From positions 1 to 64,000 of IMG/VR virus record IMGVR_UViG_3300045988_129382: 64,000 bases of DNA, one strand, 5' to 3'. Under the pieces are notes generated by a model. That model was given only the letters and a program-made list of their open reading frames with translations. It did not search any database and was not told the origin of the DNA. The first letter of the stretch is position 1; every line of letters begins with the position of its first letter. Shown in pieces: positions 26,022 through 35,762 of the stretch. A program made the translations under genes and the position numbers. Source of the DNA: a virus.

Positions 26022-26496
26022 ATTTCTTAGCGAATATAATTTTCAACAGATATTAGGTAAACATTTATTTAAGAAGTATGTATGTGTTCCTAATGTATCT
26101 ATGTATGAATACAGAAAGGGTGAATATGAAGCCGACTTTTTGTATTTTAATTTAAAGGCACTACATCTAACAGAAGTTGAGATTAAGTTATCTGTACGTG
26201 ATTTTTTAAATGATTTCAAAAAGAAACGATATCATGATAGTAAAGAAGTTATGTATTTATATTATTGTATGCCTAGTGATATGTATTATGATAATCAAGA
26301 ATTAATTGATTCTAAGTTAGGTGACGCAGGTCTAATATTGATTAATGGTGTAGATACTGATACAGAAGATGGTGCGTTCTACGAGTTTGACTGCTACAAG
26401 AAACGTGCTAAGAAGCGTAAAGGTGTTTCTAAGTTATCAATCGATAGAGCAATGTATTATATGCGTATAGGGTGTATGAAGTGGATAATTAAATAG
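26014..26496 (+). CDS. PD-(D/E)XK-fold nuclease, MmcB-like
   Basis: GEYEADFLYF ... LTEVEIKLS fits the D...(D/E)xK arrangement. Confidence 0.5.
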   Translation: MSRFLSEYNFQQILGKHLFKKYVCVPNVSMYEYRKGEYEADFLYFNLKALHLTEVEIKLSVRDFLNDFKKKRYHDSKEVMYLYYCMPSDMYYDNQELIDSKLGDAGLILINGVDTDTEDGAFYEFDCYKKRAKKRKGVSKLSIDRAMYYMRIGCMKWIIK

Positions 26497-26509
26497 AGGA
26501 GATTAGATT

Positions 26510-27148
26510 ATGGCAACTATGGAAAACAAACGATTCACTAAGTTTAGATTACAGTTAGAGTTATTAGCATCTCATACAAGTTATAGTCCAGAAGAGTTAG
26601 TGTTTAAGTATAACTATAACAATGTAGTTATTCCTACAAGGAACTTTGGTGATATTCAATTACATGAGGTACGATATCGTCTATGTGATTATTTCATCAT
26701 TGAATACTTTGTAGGGAATGTACGTCTCCTAGAAACATATGATTTAAAAGTTAATGGGTGTTTAGATGATTGTAGTGATGTTATCAATGAGATTGTAAGT
26801 CTGATAACTGATGTCATTGATTGCGTTACAGTATCTTTTACAGATAATGATACTGCTAAAACTTTCATGAGTAATTATTTAGATAGGGGTTCTAGATTAG
26901 ACAGCATTATTAGTGGAGAGTTTGATAGTAAAGATACTATTGTATATTACTATGGTGGTAGTGATTTCATAGTAATATATACTAAAGACTTTAAAAACAT
27001 AAATGCATATCGCATGAATAAATATTTTGTAGAGCATTTAGTAGCAACTAATTTATTAAATGATATTAATGTTAAGAATTTTAAGCTTATCAGTCATTAT
27101 ACTGATGTGGTGTATAGTGATAAAGATACAGAGGTTGCGTATTATTAA
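26510..27148 (+). CDS. Hypothetical protein, 212 aa
   Basis: GAGGAGA SD upstream. Confidence 0.7.
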   Translation: MATMENKRFTKFRLQLELLASHTSYSPEELVFKYNYNNVVIPTRNFGDIQLHEVRYRLCDYFIIEYFVGNVRLLETYDLKVNGCLDDCSDVINEIVSLITDVIDCVTVSFTDNDTAKTFMSNYLDRGSRLDSIISGEFDSKDTIVYYYGGSDFIVIYTKDFKNINAYRMNKYFVEHLVATNLLNDINVKNFKLISHYTDVVYSDKDTEVAYY

Positions 27149-27175
27149 TTTATAGTAGAAGGGGTTTATAATATA

Positions 27176-27424
27176 GTGTGTATTCATAGGGATGTAGAGC
27201 ATAGGACACGTTCGTATACAGATAATAATGAAGTAATTAGTACACATAAAGAAGTGATAAAAGATTTAGAGTATATATGGGGTTGTTACCCAGAGTTACG
27301 TTTAGGGCAATTACTATGTTATATTGCATCTGAGGTGTTGGGTACATCTGACCCTTTTTATTTAGAAGATAGTAAGTATCAAACATTTAGAGATACTGTA
27401 AAAGATAGGTATAGTGATATATGA
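27176..27424 (+). CDS. Hypothetical protein, 82 aa, GTG start
   Basis: ORF track entry; the start is uncertain. Confidence 0.5.
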   Translation: MCIHRDVEHRTRSYTDNNEVISTHKEVIKDLEYIWGCYPELRLGQLLCYIASEVLGTSDPFYLEDSKYQTFRDTVKDRYSDI

Positions 27425-27789
27425 AAGATAGTAGTTGGTCAGATATATTTAAATACATGTACTTTGTACTACAGTTAAAGGTAGAGGTATTCCTACTAAA
27501 TCGTTTAATTGGTAGTTCCACTGGTTTATATCAACAATGTATTAATAAAGGTGTACTAAAATTTCTAGATGCATATGAGCGAGCGAATGAGGGTAATTAT
27601 GAGAAGTTTTTAAAGTCTGTGGAAAATTCAGTTGAGAACTCAGATGATGAAAGCTTTAAAGATTATTCAGATGTGTACTTAAATGGGTTTAAAGCACATT
27701 ATAATGTAGAAAGAAATATGCGTGTCATAGCTACTAATGAATTAAAGAAACAAACAGAGGAGTTAAAGTGTAATGAGTATATTGTTTAA
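27421..27789 (+). CDS. Hypothetical protein, 122 aa
   Basis: ATGA overlap with the upstream stop. Confidence 0.65.
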   Translation: MKDSSWSDIFKYMYFVLQLKVEVFLLNRLIGSSTGLYQQCINKGVLKFLDAYERANEGNYEKFLKSVENSVENSDDESFKDYSDVYLNGFKAHYNVERNMRVIATNELKKQTEELKCNEYIV

Positions 27790-28231
27790 ACGTAGTGTAG
27801 TTGCGTTATCTGTGTTAACTTTATTTGGTACTACATATGTAGGTGCTATTAGTACTGCTAGACCTGTAGTCATTAGTAGACCGCCTGTGGTTAAGTCTAC
27901 ACCTGTTGCAAAACCAGTAACTAGGAGTACAACTAAATCTAGTACAACTAAGAGTAATGATAGTACAGAAAGTAAAACAACTAATGTAACAAATAACTAT
28001 TATACTACAAATAAGAGTGGTGGCTTCTTTGATAGTTTCACTGGTGCTTTTGCTGGTACATGGTTCTATCATACATTATTTGGTAATAATGACAACAGTG
28101 GTTCTAATGTTAGTAATGATGCTACACAAGAAAATACTGAAAGTGGAGATACAGAAGAGGTCTTTAGTATCAGTTATTGGATTACAAACAATTTAGAATA
28201 TCTTAAAAATTTATTGTTTGGTGTTAAGTAG
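27773..28231 (+). CDS. Secreted or anchored Ser/Thr-rich protein
   Basis: N-terminal signal-like VVALSVLTLFGTTYVGA followed by a low-complexity P/V/T/S-rich region. Confidence 0.65.
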   Translation: MSILFKRSVVALSVLTLFGTTYVGAISTARPVVISRPPVVKSTPVAKPVTRSTTKSSTTKSNDSTESKTTNVTNNYYTTNKSGGFFDSFTGAFAGTWFYHTLFGNNDNSGSNVSNDATQENTESGDTEEVFSISYWITNNLEYLKNLLFGVK

Positions 28232-28240
28232 GTAGATACT

Positions 28241-28537
28241 ATGTTACAAAATCTAAAGAATAGGGAATATATACAAAAACTATTAAACGCTGAAACTTCT
28301 AATGAAGTATGGAATTTGTGGTTTGATACTCCAGATAGTTTATTTATTAAATGTGTAGATACTATATTTGAAGATGCAGTTTGTGATTCTACTAATAAAC
28401 ATAAGAGATATATCTATGAGTGTGTAGATGGTAAGTATTATGAATATTCCTATTGGGAAGATTATTTTGGTGAACAGAGTTGTCATAGTTTTAGAGAGGT
28501 TACAAGACAGCCTGTTTTAACGTATGAGTGGGAGTAG
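28241..28537 (+). CDS. Hypothetical protein, 98 aa
   Basis: ORF track entry. Confidence 0.65.
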   Translation: MLQNLKNREYIQKLLNAETSNEVWNLWFDTPDSLFIKCVDTIFEDAVCDSTNKHKRYIYECVDGKYYEYSYWEDYFGEQSCHSFREVTRQPVLTYEWE

Positions 28538-28543
28538 TTAATA

Positions 28544-28804
28544 ATGGTTAATGTACAAAAAGAGGCATTAGATATCACAAGGAAAGTATTACAGGATAGT
28601 TGTGGTTATACGAGTGATGTTGTTGCTGAGGATAAGATGTTTGTAGTGTGGTCATGCAAAACATTACAAAATTGGAAAGCTATTGTAGGTGGTACCGATA
28701 TTAAAGAACTAATTGAGGTAACATATAATGGTGATACAAAAGAAGCATATGTAGACGTGTATGATAAGAAATTAAATGTAGCTATTAAGTTAAATGGTGA
28801 GTAA
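28544..28804 (+). CDS. Hypothetical protein, 86 aa
   Basis: ORF track entry. Confidence 0.65.
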   Translation: MVNVQKEALDITRKVLQDSCGYTSDVVAEDKMFVVWSCKTLQNWKAIVGGTDIKELIEVTYNGDTKEAYVDVYDKKLNVAIKLNGE

Positions 28805-28808
28805 CATT

Positions 28809-28997
28809 ATGGAAGAGTTGAAACAAAATTTACTAGAAGAGTTCAACACATTAGAAGAGCGTATTCATAGTCTAATTGCGTTTTTAGATGAAAATAAAGA
28901 GCATGAGGATTATTATGTGTTGTGTAAACAGTTGACTGCTATGGTCGACTATCGTGAGTGTTTACATACACGTATTGTAAAATATAATATTGCGTAG
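28809..28997 (+). CDS. Hypothetical protein. Start moved to ATG 28809.
   Basis: GGTGAG SD 7 nt upstream of ATG 28809. Confidence 0.6.
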   Translation: MEELKQNLLEEFNTLEERIHSLIAFLDENKEHEDYYVLCKQLTAMVDYRECLHTRIVKYNIA

Positions 28998-29017
28998 GTG
29001 TATAAAAGTTTTTTATG

Positions 29018-29061
29018 GGGATAATGCAAATAACTAAGAAAGTTTGTATTATCTCTTTTTT
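29018..29061 (+). terminator. Intrinsic terminator
   Basis: 13-bp stem GGGATAATGCAAA / TTTGTATTATCTC with two G-U pairs, followed by TTTTTT. Confidence 0.7.
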
Positions 29062-29114
29062 ATTATATTTAGTATACTATATGTGTAATAGTGGTTCTTG
29101 TAAAGGAGATAAAA

Positions 29115-29147
29115 ATGAGTTCTAGGTATACTTTTGTATATTTATAA
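29115..29147 (+). CDS. Upstream mini-ORF encoding MSSRYTFVYL
   Basis: Strong SD AAAGGAGATAAAA. An identical peptide is encoded at 42376-42408, and the only difference between the two is a synonymous AGG/AGA change. Confidence 0.5.
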   Translation: MSSRYTFVYL

Positions 29148-29228
29148 CAGAATTTGAAGTATTTCCTTTGGGATATACACATAAGTATTCATTAAGTTGT
29201 TTGTTTTATTCATAAAGGAGATAAAAAA
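29115..29228 (+). promoter_or_regulatory. Copy 1 of a duplicated leader of about 113 nt, consisting of an upstream ORF, a hairpin and the SD of the downstream gene
   Basis: About 90 percent identical to 42376-42487. Hairpin arms are at 29128-29141 and 29173-29188. Confidence 0.6.
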
Positions 29229-29582
29229 ATGATTCCTAGCTATGATTTAATGTATGCAATAAACAAAGAGTGTATATCGTGCCTACAAAGTGTTTGGGGT
29301 AATGACGAGTGTGAATCTTGTACATATGAGGAAATATACTCCAACTTAATGGGAGAGGTATGTGATGGTGCATTAGATATTCCATTGTATACTAAAGAGT
29401 CAAAAGAATATTACAAGACAAATAGGGACGTAAATTTTAATAAGTATATGTTAGATATCTTATTAAAGATGTATGAAAAGAATAAAATGAAGTATACGTA
29501 TAAGGTTGATAATGTAACATATACTTCGGATGAGTTCTACGTACTAGAGAAAGAGTTAGAAAAACTAATAAAGGGGAATTAA
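29229..29582 (+). CDS. Hypothetical Cys-rich protein, 117 aa
   Basis: SD AAAGGAGA; CISC...CESC pattern. Confidence 0.7.
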   Translation: MIPSYDLMYAINKECISCLQSVWGNDECESCTYEEIYSNLMGEVCDGALDIPLYTKESKEYYKTNRDVNFNKYMLDILLKMYEKNKMKYTYKVDNVTYTSDEFYVLEKELEKLIKGN

Positions 29583-29583
29583 G

Positions 29584-30588
29584 ATGAAGAACAATAAGAC
29601 ATATAAAAGATTTGACTCTACTACATATCGTATGGTTATGAGTATGTTAATTTATCTTGAAAGCATTGAGGTTAAGGATATTGTACGACATGTAAATGGT
29701 GATAAGGTACATTATATGGTTAGAGTTGATGGTTATTTTACATCACTAGATAAGGTTAGTAATATCATGAAGAATTTACCTAAGAGATATGTAACAGCAT
29801 TTGATGTATTTATGGGTAAAGTGTATAAACGTGTTATTCAGAGAGTACCTTATTTTGAACGAGATGAGTATTATTCTATTAATTTCTTATTGCAGTATCT
29901 ACAAGATACTAGTTATATCGTACCTATTGGATTAGATGATATTGATTGTATTCGTATGTATGTTGAGAATAAGTATGATAAGGTAGATGCTTTGGAGTTG
30001 GTTAGCAATATGTTAGATAAGAAGTCAGAGGTTGAAGATATTTTAGGTGATACTATGGTTAATAGTAAAAACGATACAATGCTAGATACAGAAGATTTGT
30101 ATAAGAATTTTGCTTATTTATATGAAACACTTATTAGGTTATATGCTAAGGGTTATCGTACAATCGAGGTAGATAGTTCCAATGCATTAGTGTTAGCTGT
30201 TGTTCAGAAGTATACACAGGAAGATTTAGATAGGGGTAGGGTTAGCCGTAAAACATATCTAAATATTACATCTATCTTTAAGTTATTAGGTATTATGGAT
30301 ACTATTAATAGTGGTGTATATGCTATTAGAGATATTCTAGGGTTACCTAGTGAGGGTGATATTGTTTATATGGGTGATAAACCGTATTATTTACATAGTA
30401 TTTCTTTTAATAGTGTTGGTACACAATATTTCTTATATCCTAATCATTTGAATAAAGAAATGTATGAGTTACTTGGTGATACGAAGTTAGAGATGACATA
30501 TAAAGTACGTATGGCTAAGAAGGATACTACATGCAATATGTTTGAAGATAGCTATCAAGATAAGTGGAATGCATTTATAGGAGGTTAA
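29584..30588 (+). CDS. Hypothetical protein, 334 aa
   Basis: ORF track entry; tightly coupled to its neighbours. Confidence 0.75.
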   Translation: MKNNKTYKRFDSTTYRMVMSMLIYLESIEVKDIVRHVNGDKVHYMVRVDGYFTSLDKVSNIMKNLPKRYVTAFDVFMGKVYKRVIQRVPYFERDEYYSINFLLQYLQDTSYIVPIGLDDIDCIRMYVENKYDKVDALELVSNMLDKKSEVEDILGDTMVNSKNDTMLDTEDLYKNFAYLYETLIRLYAKGYRTIEVDSSNALVLAVVQKYTQEDLDRGRVSRKTYLNITSIFKLLGIMDTINSGVYAIRDILGLPSEGDIVYMGDKPYYLHSISFNSVGTQYFLYPNHLNKEMYELLGDTKLEMTYKVRMAKKDTTCNMFEDSYQDKWNAFIGG

Positions 30589-32942
30589 TGATGGTAACAC
30601 AATATTTTACAACTGATGTTATTACAGCAGAAGAGTATATTGGTTATGTACGTATGGTTTTTCAACTACAATCTGCGATTAATATGGTGGGTTTAGATGG
30701 TGGTATTCAAGTAGTTAATAATAAATTACGTTTCTATGATGCTGAAGACGAAGATATTACATCTGAGCATAAAGACTTGAAAAAGCTGGGTGTAGATACT
30801 AATCTTCTTGTTAAATTTAGTAGAGCTATTTCTGAGTGTATTGTGCGTTTAGATACAACTGTACAGGAGTTGTATAATACAGTATGTCATTCTGTTGTTA
30901 ATGATTATGGTAGTATAGCTAGATATTATCGTGCCAATGAAGATAAAAACTTAGCACCTAGCTTTGTGTATTTACGTGAGTTCGATAATCAGGATGAATC
31001 TGATAAAGTTAAATTATTGTACGAATATCAGTATTTGTATGATTATATTAATAATCTTTGTAATATGAATACTAATAGAGGTATGGATGATACTATTATG
31101 ACACAGTATGATGTTGATAGGGATTGTGTTAATTTTGTCATAGAACATACTAGTATAGATGCAGTTACTCCTAATACTATTGTTAGGGACAATATAGCTA
31201 TTAGATTATTACCTACAGTTGTGTTTAGTGGTTCTCATAATGTAAAAGTTAGGGATGTGTTGAATAACATTAATACAGTTATTCGATATTTAATTAGGTT
31301 ACATGCCGAACCATTTAAAGTTGCTTATGATGGTTTAAGTCCTAAGTCTTTTGATAAGGTAGGGTTAAAACAGATTAATTATGTTACAGAGGGTAATGGT
31401 TTTGTAGCATTTGGTGATAATGTATTTTCTGTGTATATTGATAGTGATAGAGTTAAACATTTAGTCAATCAATTAAATTTTGTGCATAAAGTCGACTGTT
31501 TTAATAAGGCTATTGAAGGTCATAAGTATCTATTAAATTTTCCTATCATTGATAATTATGTGACAGTGGCTAGTGCAATACAGTCTTATTTACGTTATCA
31601 GTATGAAAGCGTTATGGGTTCTAGTGGTTATAGTAAGTACACGCCATATGTTTGTTTGTTGTTATCTGTGACTAGTGTGAGTTCTGTTGGGTATGCACAT
31701 ATTCATCAGAGTGTTAATATGCATTTAATTCATTATCATAGTTTTATGGTTGATACAGGTAACAGTGATAGATTAGATATGATGTTGTCTTATATCGATT
31801 TTTGTAAAGATAACTATAATTCTGATTTTACGTGGGACAATGGTAGACATGTTATGGTAGTTCATCATAAGCATAAAGAAGATGAAGTTCTTTCATTGCA
31901 TAAATATATTGATGACAACTCTATTGGTTTTAATTTAGATGTAGATGATGTATTAGATTTACTAAAACTATCTAGGGGTTTAGTTAATGGTTTCTATAAT
32001 ACTTTAAATGCAGATAAACATGTTGTATTTATTGATGCTTTGAATGGGTTTAGAATGATTTCAGATATTGCTAAATCTAAAGACGGTACATACATTACAT
32101 TAGATTATGAGATTGATAAGTATCTTAATTGCAATACTAATTATATGGGTACTATTAATAGTGACTCTTTATTAACATGTTCTGATATGGTGTTTCCTTT
32201 AGATAGTAAATATTGGTATGTTAAAGATGTAAACAACTATAAGCCTTTAGTGTCTATAGTTGAGAAACGATATAAAGGTATGGAAGTGGTATTACGACTT
32301 GTCACTAATATGTTATTTACTATCTTTTACGAGATTAATGCTAAGGATATTAAAACAGTATCTATTGGTGTAGAGGATTTCAAAGATTATAGTAAGTTAT
32401 CGTTCATTGTTAAGACATATGATGGTAGGGTTGAGACATATCCTTTACTTATTAATGATACATTTAGTTACGCCGTGTATAGTCTATTTCATGAAGATAG
32501 TGGGTATCAGATTTATGATGCTACATTAAAGGAAGTATATGATATCCTATCTGAAGTCATGGATATGATGGTTTCTAGTTTTAATTTCATTGATTTTGAC
32601 GAGGATATTTTTAATGTGGTTGATAATTTACGGAAGTTATCTGTAATAGTTAATTCTTGTGATAAGAAAGAGGGAGAAAAAATGAAAGTAGTACATACTA
32701 AGGAAACAAAATTAGTACGTTCTAGTGAATCTAGAAATCTTATGTTAGCTAAAGATTTAGCATTAGAGTTTATTGATAGTGGTTATGATGTGATTATGCG
32801 TGATGGTGATGATTTAGTAGTATATTCTAATACTGATACATCAATGCAAGAATATGTACCTAAGTCTTTACATAAGGTATTTTATGATGTAGATAAGTTA
32901 GATTTGTTGCCATTATCTTATTACGTGTATATGTGTAAATAA
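30588..32942 (+). CDS. Giant paralog A, about 784 aa, unknown function
   Basis: AGGAGG SD upstream. The C-terminal module SGYDVIMRDGDDLVVYS...LHKVFYDVDKLDLLPLSYYVY matches paralog B. Confidence 0.8.
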   Translation: MMVTQYFTTDVITAEEYIGYVRMVFQLQSAINMVGLDGGIQVVNNKLRFYDAEDEDITSEHKDLKKLGVDTNLLVKFSRAISECIVRLDTTVQELYNTVCHSVVNDYGSIARYYRANEDKNLAPSFVYLREFDNQDESDKVKLLYEYQYLYDYINNLCNMNTNRGMDDTIMTQYDVDRDCVNFVIEHTSIDAVTPNTIVRDNIAIRLLPTVVFSGSHNVKVRDVLNNINTVIRYLIRLHAEPFKVAYDGLSPKSFDKVGLKQINYVTEGNGFVAFGDNVFSVYIDSDRVKHLVNQLNFVHKVDCFNKAIEGHKYLLNFPIIDNYVTVASAIQSYLRYQYESVMGSSGYSKYTPYVCLLLSVTSVSSVGYAHIHQSVNMHLIHYHSFMVDTGNSDRLDMMLSYIDFCKDNYNSDFTWDNGRHVMVVHHKHKEDEVLSLHKYIDDNSIGFNLDVDDVLDLLKLSRGLVNGFYNTLNADKHVVFIDALNGFRMISDIAKSKDGTYITLDYEIDKYLNCNTNYMGTINSDSLLTCSDMVFPLDSKYWYVKDVNNYKPLVSIVEKRYKGMEVVLRLVTNMLFTIFYEINAKDIKTVSIGVEDFKDYSKLSFIVKTYDGRVETYPLLINDTFSYAVYSLFHEDSGYQIYDATLKEVYDILSEVMDMMVSSFNFIDFDEDIFNVVDNLRKLSVIVNSCDKKEGEKMKVVHTKETKLVRSSESRNLMLAKDLALEFIDSGYDVIMRDGDDLVVYSNTDTSMQEYVPKSLHKVFYDVDKLDLLPLSYYVYMCK

Positions 32943-32961
32943 TTGAAAGGTGGATTAGGTT

Positions 32962-35274
32962 ATGATATACAATACAGAAGAGATACGCTTAACACCAGAG
33001 GATTATGTAAGATGCATTGAGTTGTTTTATACGTTAAAAGCCCGTGGTAATCGTCATGGTTATGATTCTAAAATCACTTCTATTGAGGAGATGGGAATAG
33101 ACTTTAATGGTGCTTTCTTTAATTTTGATTTAAGTAGTGATATAGTTGAGCAGTTTGATATGTTATCTAATATGACAATTAAGACTGTGTTAGATAAATT
33201 ACGCTTTATCATGACTCATGCTATCTATAGCTTGTATGAAGTACAGGAGTTATTGAAGCAGAATAAAACAGCATATCGATTGTGTCCTAATTTCACTCTT
33301 AATGCATATTTAGAAGGAAATGTATTTAAGAATGTTCTTAACTATCTATTAGAGTGTAATAGATTGTATAATTACTTTGTAGATGGTGATTATACTAATT
33401 GTTGTATTCGATATGTACATGATGATTTTAAAAACCCATTTCATATGTACAATAATAAGGGTGAGGATGTTCCAATGACATCTCCTATTATTCAACACGT
33501 AGCATTTACATCTAGAAAAGAAATAGCTGTACATGAGGTTATTGAGAATATTCATGCTGTTATGTTTATGTTGTCTAAACTACATCTTGATAAACTTAAA
33601 ACACTACGTAATATATATCAAGATGAATTAGAGGGTGTTAGCAATGGGTATCAGACTCATGTACGTTACAATGATACGAGAGATGTAGGATTGATTAATA
33701 CATTGTATATCAATTTACCTAAAGAGATTAAGAGTACAGATGTGGAGCATATCAATACTGTTAGATTGATTAGGGATGTGGTTGATGCAATTACTATTGG
33801 TGTAACTTGTAATTATTCTTGTGAGAAAGATAAGATAACTGTGTTTGATATCGTAAGTGCTATGGTATGTCATTCAGATACATTGTTACGTGATACATAT
33901 GGTAATGGGTATACAAATTATAGTGCAACTACTAAAGTATTTTTAGATAAAATGGGTTGCAATGGACTTAGTAAGCATATCTCACAGGCTATGATGTTGT
34001 ATATTATTTATTACTTTAGATACAAAATTAAGAATGATACATATCTTAGGTTAGAGCGGTTGAAACGTGCATTAGAGTTTAAAAATGGTACATTTGATAC
34101 TGATGTAACATGTAAAGATGGTCATATTTTAATTCTTAATCGTAGATATCGTGAGAGAGAAGAATTGATAGGGACTATTATTAATTTTAATACGTTACCA
34201 GTTAAAGAGTCCGACTATACTACTATTATTCCTAGTGTATTATGCATGATGGTCGATGTGCTTAGGGTAGTAGGTGCTATATGGTATCATCATGCTAGAT
34301 TTACTACTCCTATGCATATGGTTCAGCTTATGTGTGAATTAAAGTACGAGAATTATGATAATCTATTTTGCGAGTATTATACAAGTAGTGATACGTTTAA
34401 ATTAAAGCCAGATACATATTGTACTAATAGTGATGACGATATACATATTAATTGGTATCATTATGGGAATACAGTATTACCTACATATGGTACATATGAT
34501 ATAAATACTATCTTAAAAGACACAGTATTTGTTAATAGTGGATATCTCACTGAGGCTAGAATGGGTTTAATCACTTTGTTGAAAGTGGTTGACGATACAC
34601 TAAAAGATGATACTAAAGAGGTTGATAGTTTAGAGTTACGATATAATATGTCTGACTATAATTACAATATGGAGTTTCATATTACATTTACAGATGGTGA
34701 GACAGTAGTTAGACATACAGAGTTTAACCTAGCTGATTTCTATTATCTATATGGGTTATTATTATATTGTGAGAGTGTTGGTTGGAAATCTTCTTTATTT
34801 AATTATAAGATGGATATCTACTCTTTTAAGACAACAATTAAAGACATGGCTTATAGAATTAATGCTGTTGCTAAAGAATTCTATACATTTAATGGTGATT
34901 TAATCGACAATGATGAGTATAGTATGTTGGAGTCTGTTATGAGTCATGCTAAGGGGTATAAAAAGTCTTTGGGTTCTAGTCAAGTTGTAAGGGAAGATAA
35001 AGAGGTTAAAGAAGTGGATACAGAAGTAGTTGACCCTGTTGTTGAGGTATTAACTAAGTATAGTGATGAAGTTGATGTCAAATATATAGCTAGGGTATTA
35101 TCTAATGAGTTCATGTTGAGTGGATATGATTATATCGTTGTAAAAGACGATAAGATGAAAGTATACTCTACAGATGGTAGTAAGTGTCAGGTCATTGCCA
35201 AACCTTTACATAGATTCTTCTATAATGCTGATACGATAGATAAATTACCATTGTTGTATTATTTAATTGATTAG
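32962..35274 (+). CDS. Giant paralog B, 770 aa, unknown function
   Basis: C-terminal SGYDYIVVKDDKMKVYS...LHRFFYNADTIDKLPLLYYLI; AAAGGTGGA SD upstream. Confidence 0.8.
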   Translation: MIYNTEEIRLTPEDYVRCIELFYTLKARGNRHGYDSKITSIEEMGIDFNGAFFNFDLSSDIVEQFDMLSNMTIKTVLDKLRFIMTHAIYSLYEVQELLKQNKTAYRLCPNFTLNAYLEGNVFKNVLNYLLECNRLYNYFVDGDYTNCCIRYVHDDFKNPFHMYNNKGEDVPMTSPIIQHVAFTSRKEIAVHEVIENIHAVMFMLSKLHLDKLKTLRNIYQDELEGVSNGYQTHVRYNDTRDVGLINTLYINLPKEIKSTDVEHINTVRLIRDVVDAITIGVTCNYSCEKDKITVFDIVSAMVCHSDTLLRDTYGNGYTNYSATTKVFLDKMGCNGLSKHISQAMMLYIIYYFRYKIKNDTYLRLERLKRALEFKNGTFDTDVTCKDGHILILNRRYREREELIGTIINFNTLPVKESDYTTIIPSVLCMMVDVLRVVGAIWYHHARFTTPMHMVQLMCELKYENYDNLFCEYYTSSDTFKLKPDTYCTNSDDDIHINWYHYGNTVLPTYGTYDINTILKDTVFVNSGYLTEARMGLITLLKVVDDTLKDDTKEVDSLELRYNMSDYNYNMEFHITFTDGETVVRHTEFNLADFYYLYGLLLYCESVGWKSSLFNYKMDIYSFKTTIKDMAYRINAVAKEFYTFNGDLIDNDEYSMLESVMSHAKGYKKSLGSSQVVREDKEVKEVDTEVVDPVVEVLTKYSDEVDVKYIARVLSNEFMLSGYDYIVVKDDKMKVYSTDGSKCQVIAKPLHRFFYNADTIDKLPLLYYLID

Positions 35275-35281
35275 GTGTGCT

Positions 35282-35509
35282 ATGGATGGTGTTAATGCTA
35301 TATTAAATTATGCATATGGTGTGTATTCTATACTAGGGATTTCATTATATGTATTCATTGTATTGTTGATAAGTGTTGTGAGTGGTATTAGTAAGTCATA
35401 TCAGTTAGATGAGTTTTGTAAAGTATATGCTAGGGTGTCTATACTGTTATCATTAGCATTTGTTGTTATCGTGTCTATTATTAATACCGTATCATTTATA
35501 TTAGAGTAG
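35282..35509 (+). CDS. Small membrane protein with two TM segments. Start moved to ATG 35282.
   Basis: AGGTG SD 5 nt upstream; hydrophobic segments. Confidence 0.6.
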   Translation: MDGVNAILNYAYGVYSILGISLYVFIVLLISVVSGISKSYQLDEFCKVYARVSILLSLAFVVIVSIINTVSFILE

Positions 35510-35526
35510 CATTATGGGGGGAGTGT

Positions 35527-35718
35527 ATGGACAGTATTTCTACAAGTGTATTAGATGTATTACAGCGTTTAGGGATTGAATATATCAGACGAGATGAAAG
35601 TAATAATTACTATATGGTAACAGATGGTGGTGAAAAGATTTCATGTGATGAATTCTTTAGGGTTGTTTGTATGCATGTGTTACAGGGTAGTGAAGAGATG
35701 TATGTAGATAAGAAATAG
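35527..35718 (+). CDS. Hypothetical protein, 63 aa
   Basis: GGGGGGAG SD upstream. Confidence 0.6.
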   Translation: MDSISTSVLDVLQRLGIEYIRRDESNNYYMVTDGGEKISCDEFFRVVCMHVLQGSEEMYVDKK

Positions 35719-35723
35719 TTTAA

Positions 35724-35762
35724 AGAGGTAGTTAAAAGAGGTAGTTAAAAGAGGTAGTTAAA
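35724..35762 (+). repeat. 13-bp unit AGAGGTAGTTAAA repeated three times in tandem; the last copy forms the left arm of the terminator
   Basis: Copies at 35724-35736, 35737-35749 and 35750-35762. Confidence 0.95.

Noticed and set aside
29162-29221. Anti-SD pairing between the hairpin loop (TTTCCTTT) and the SD of gene 29229
   Set aside because: The complementary tract is not preserved in copy 2 of the leader, which reads TTTTCCCT there, so the pairing is probably coincidental.
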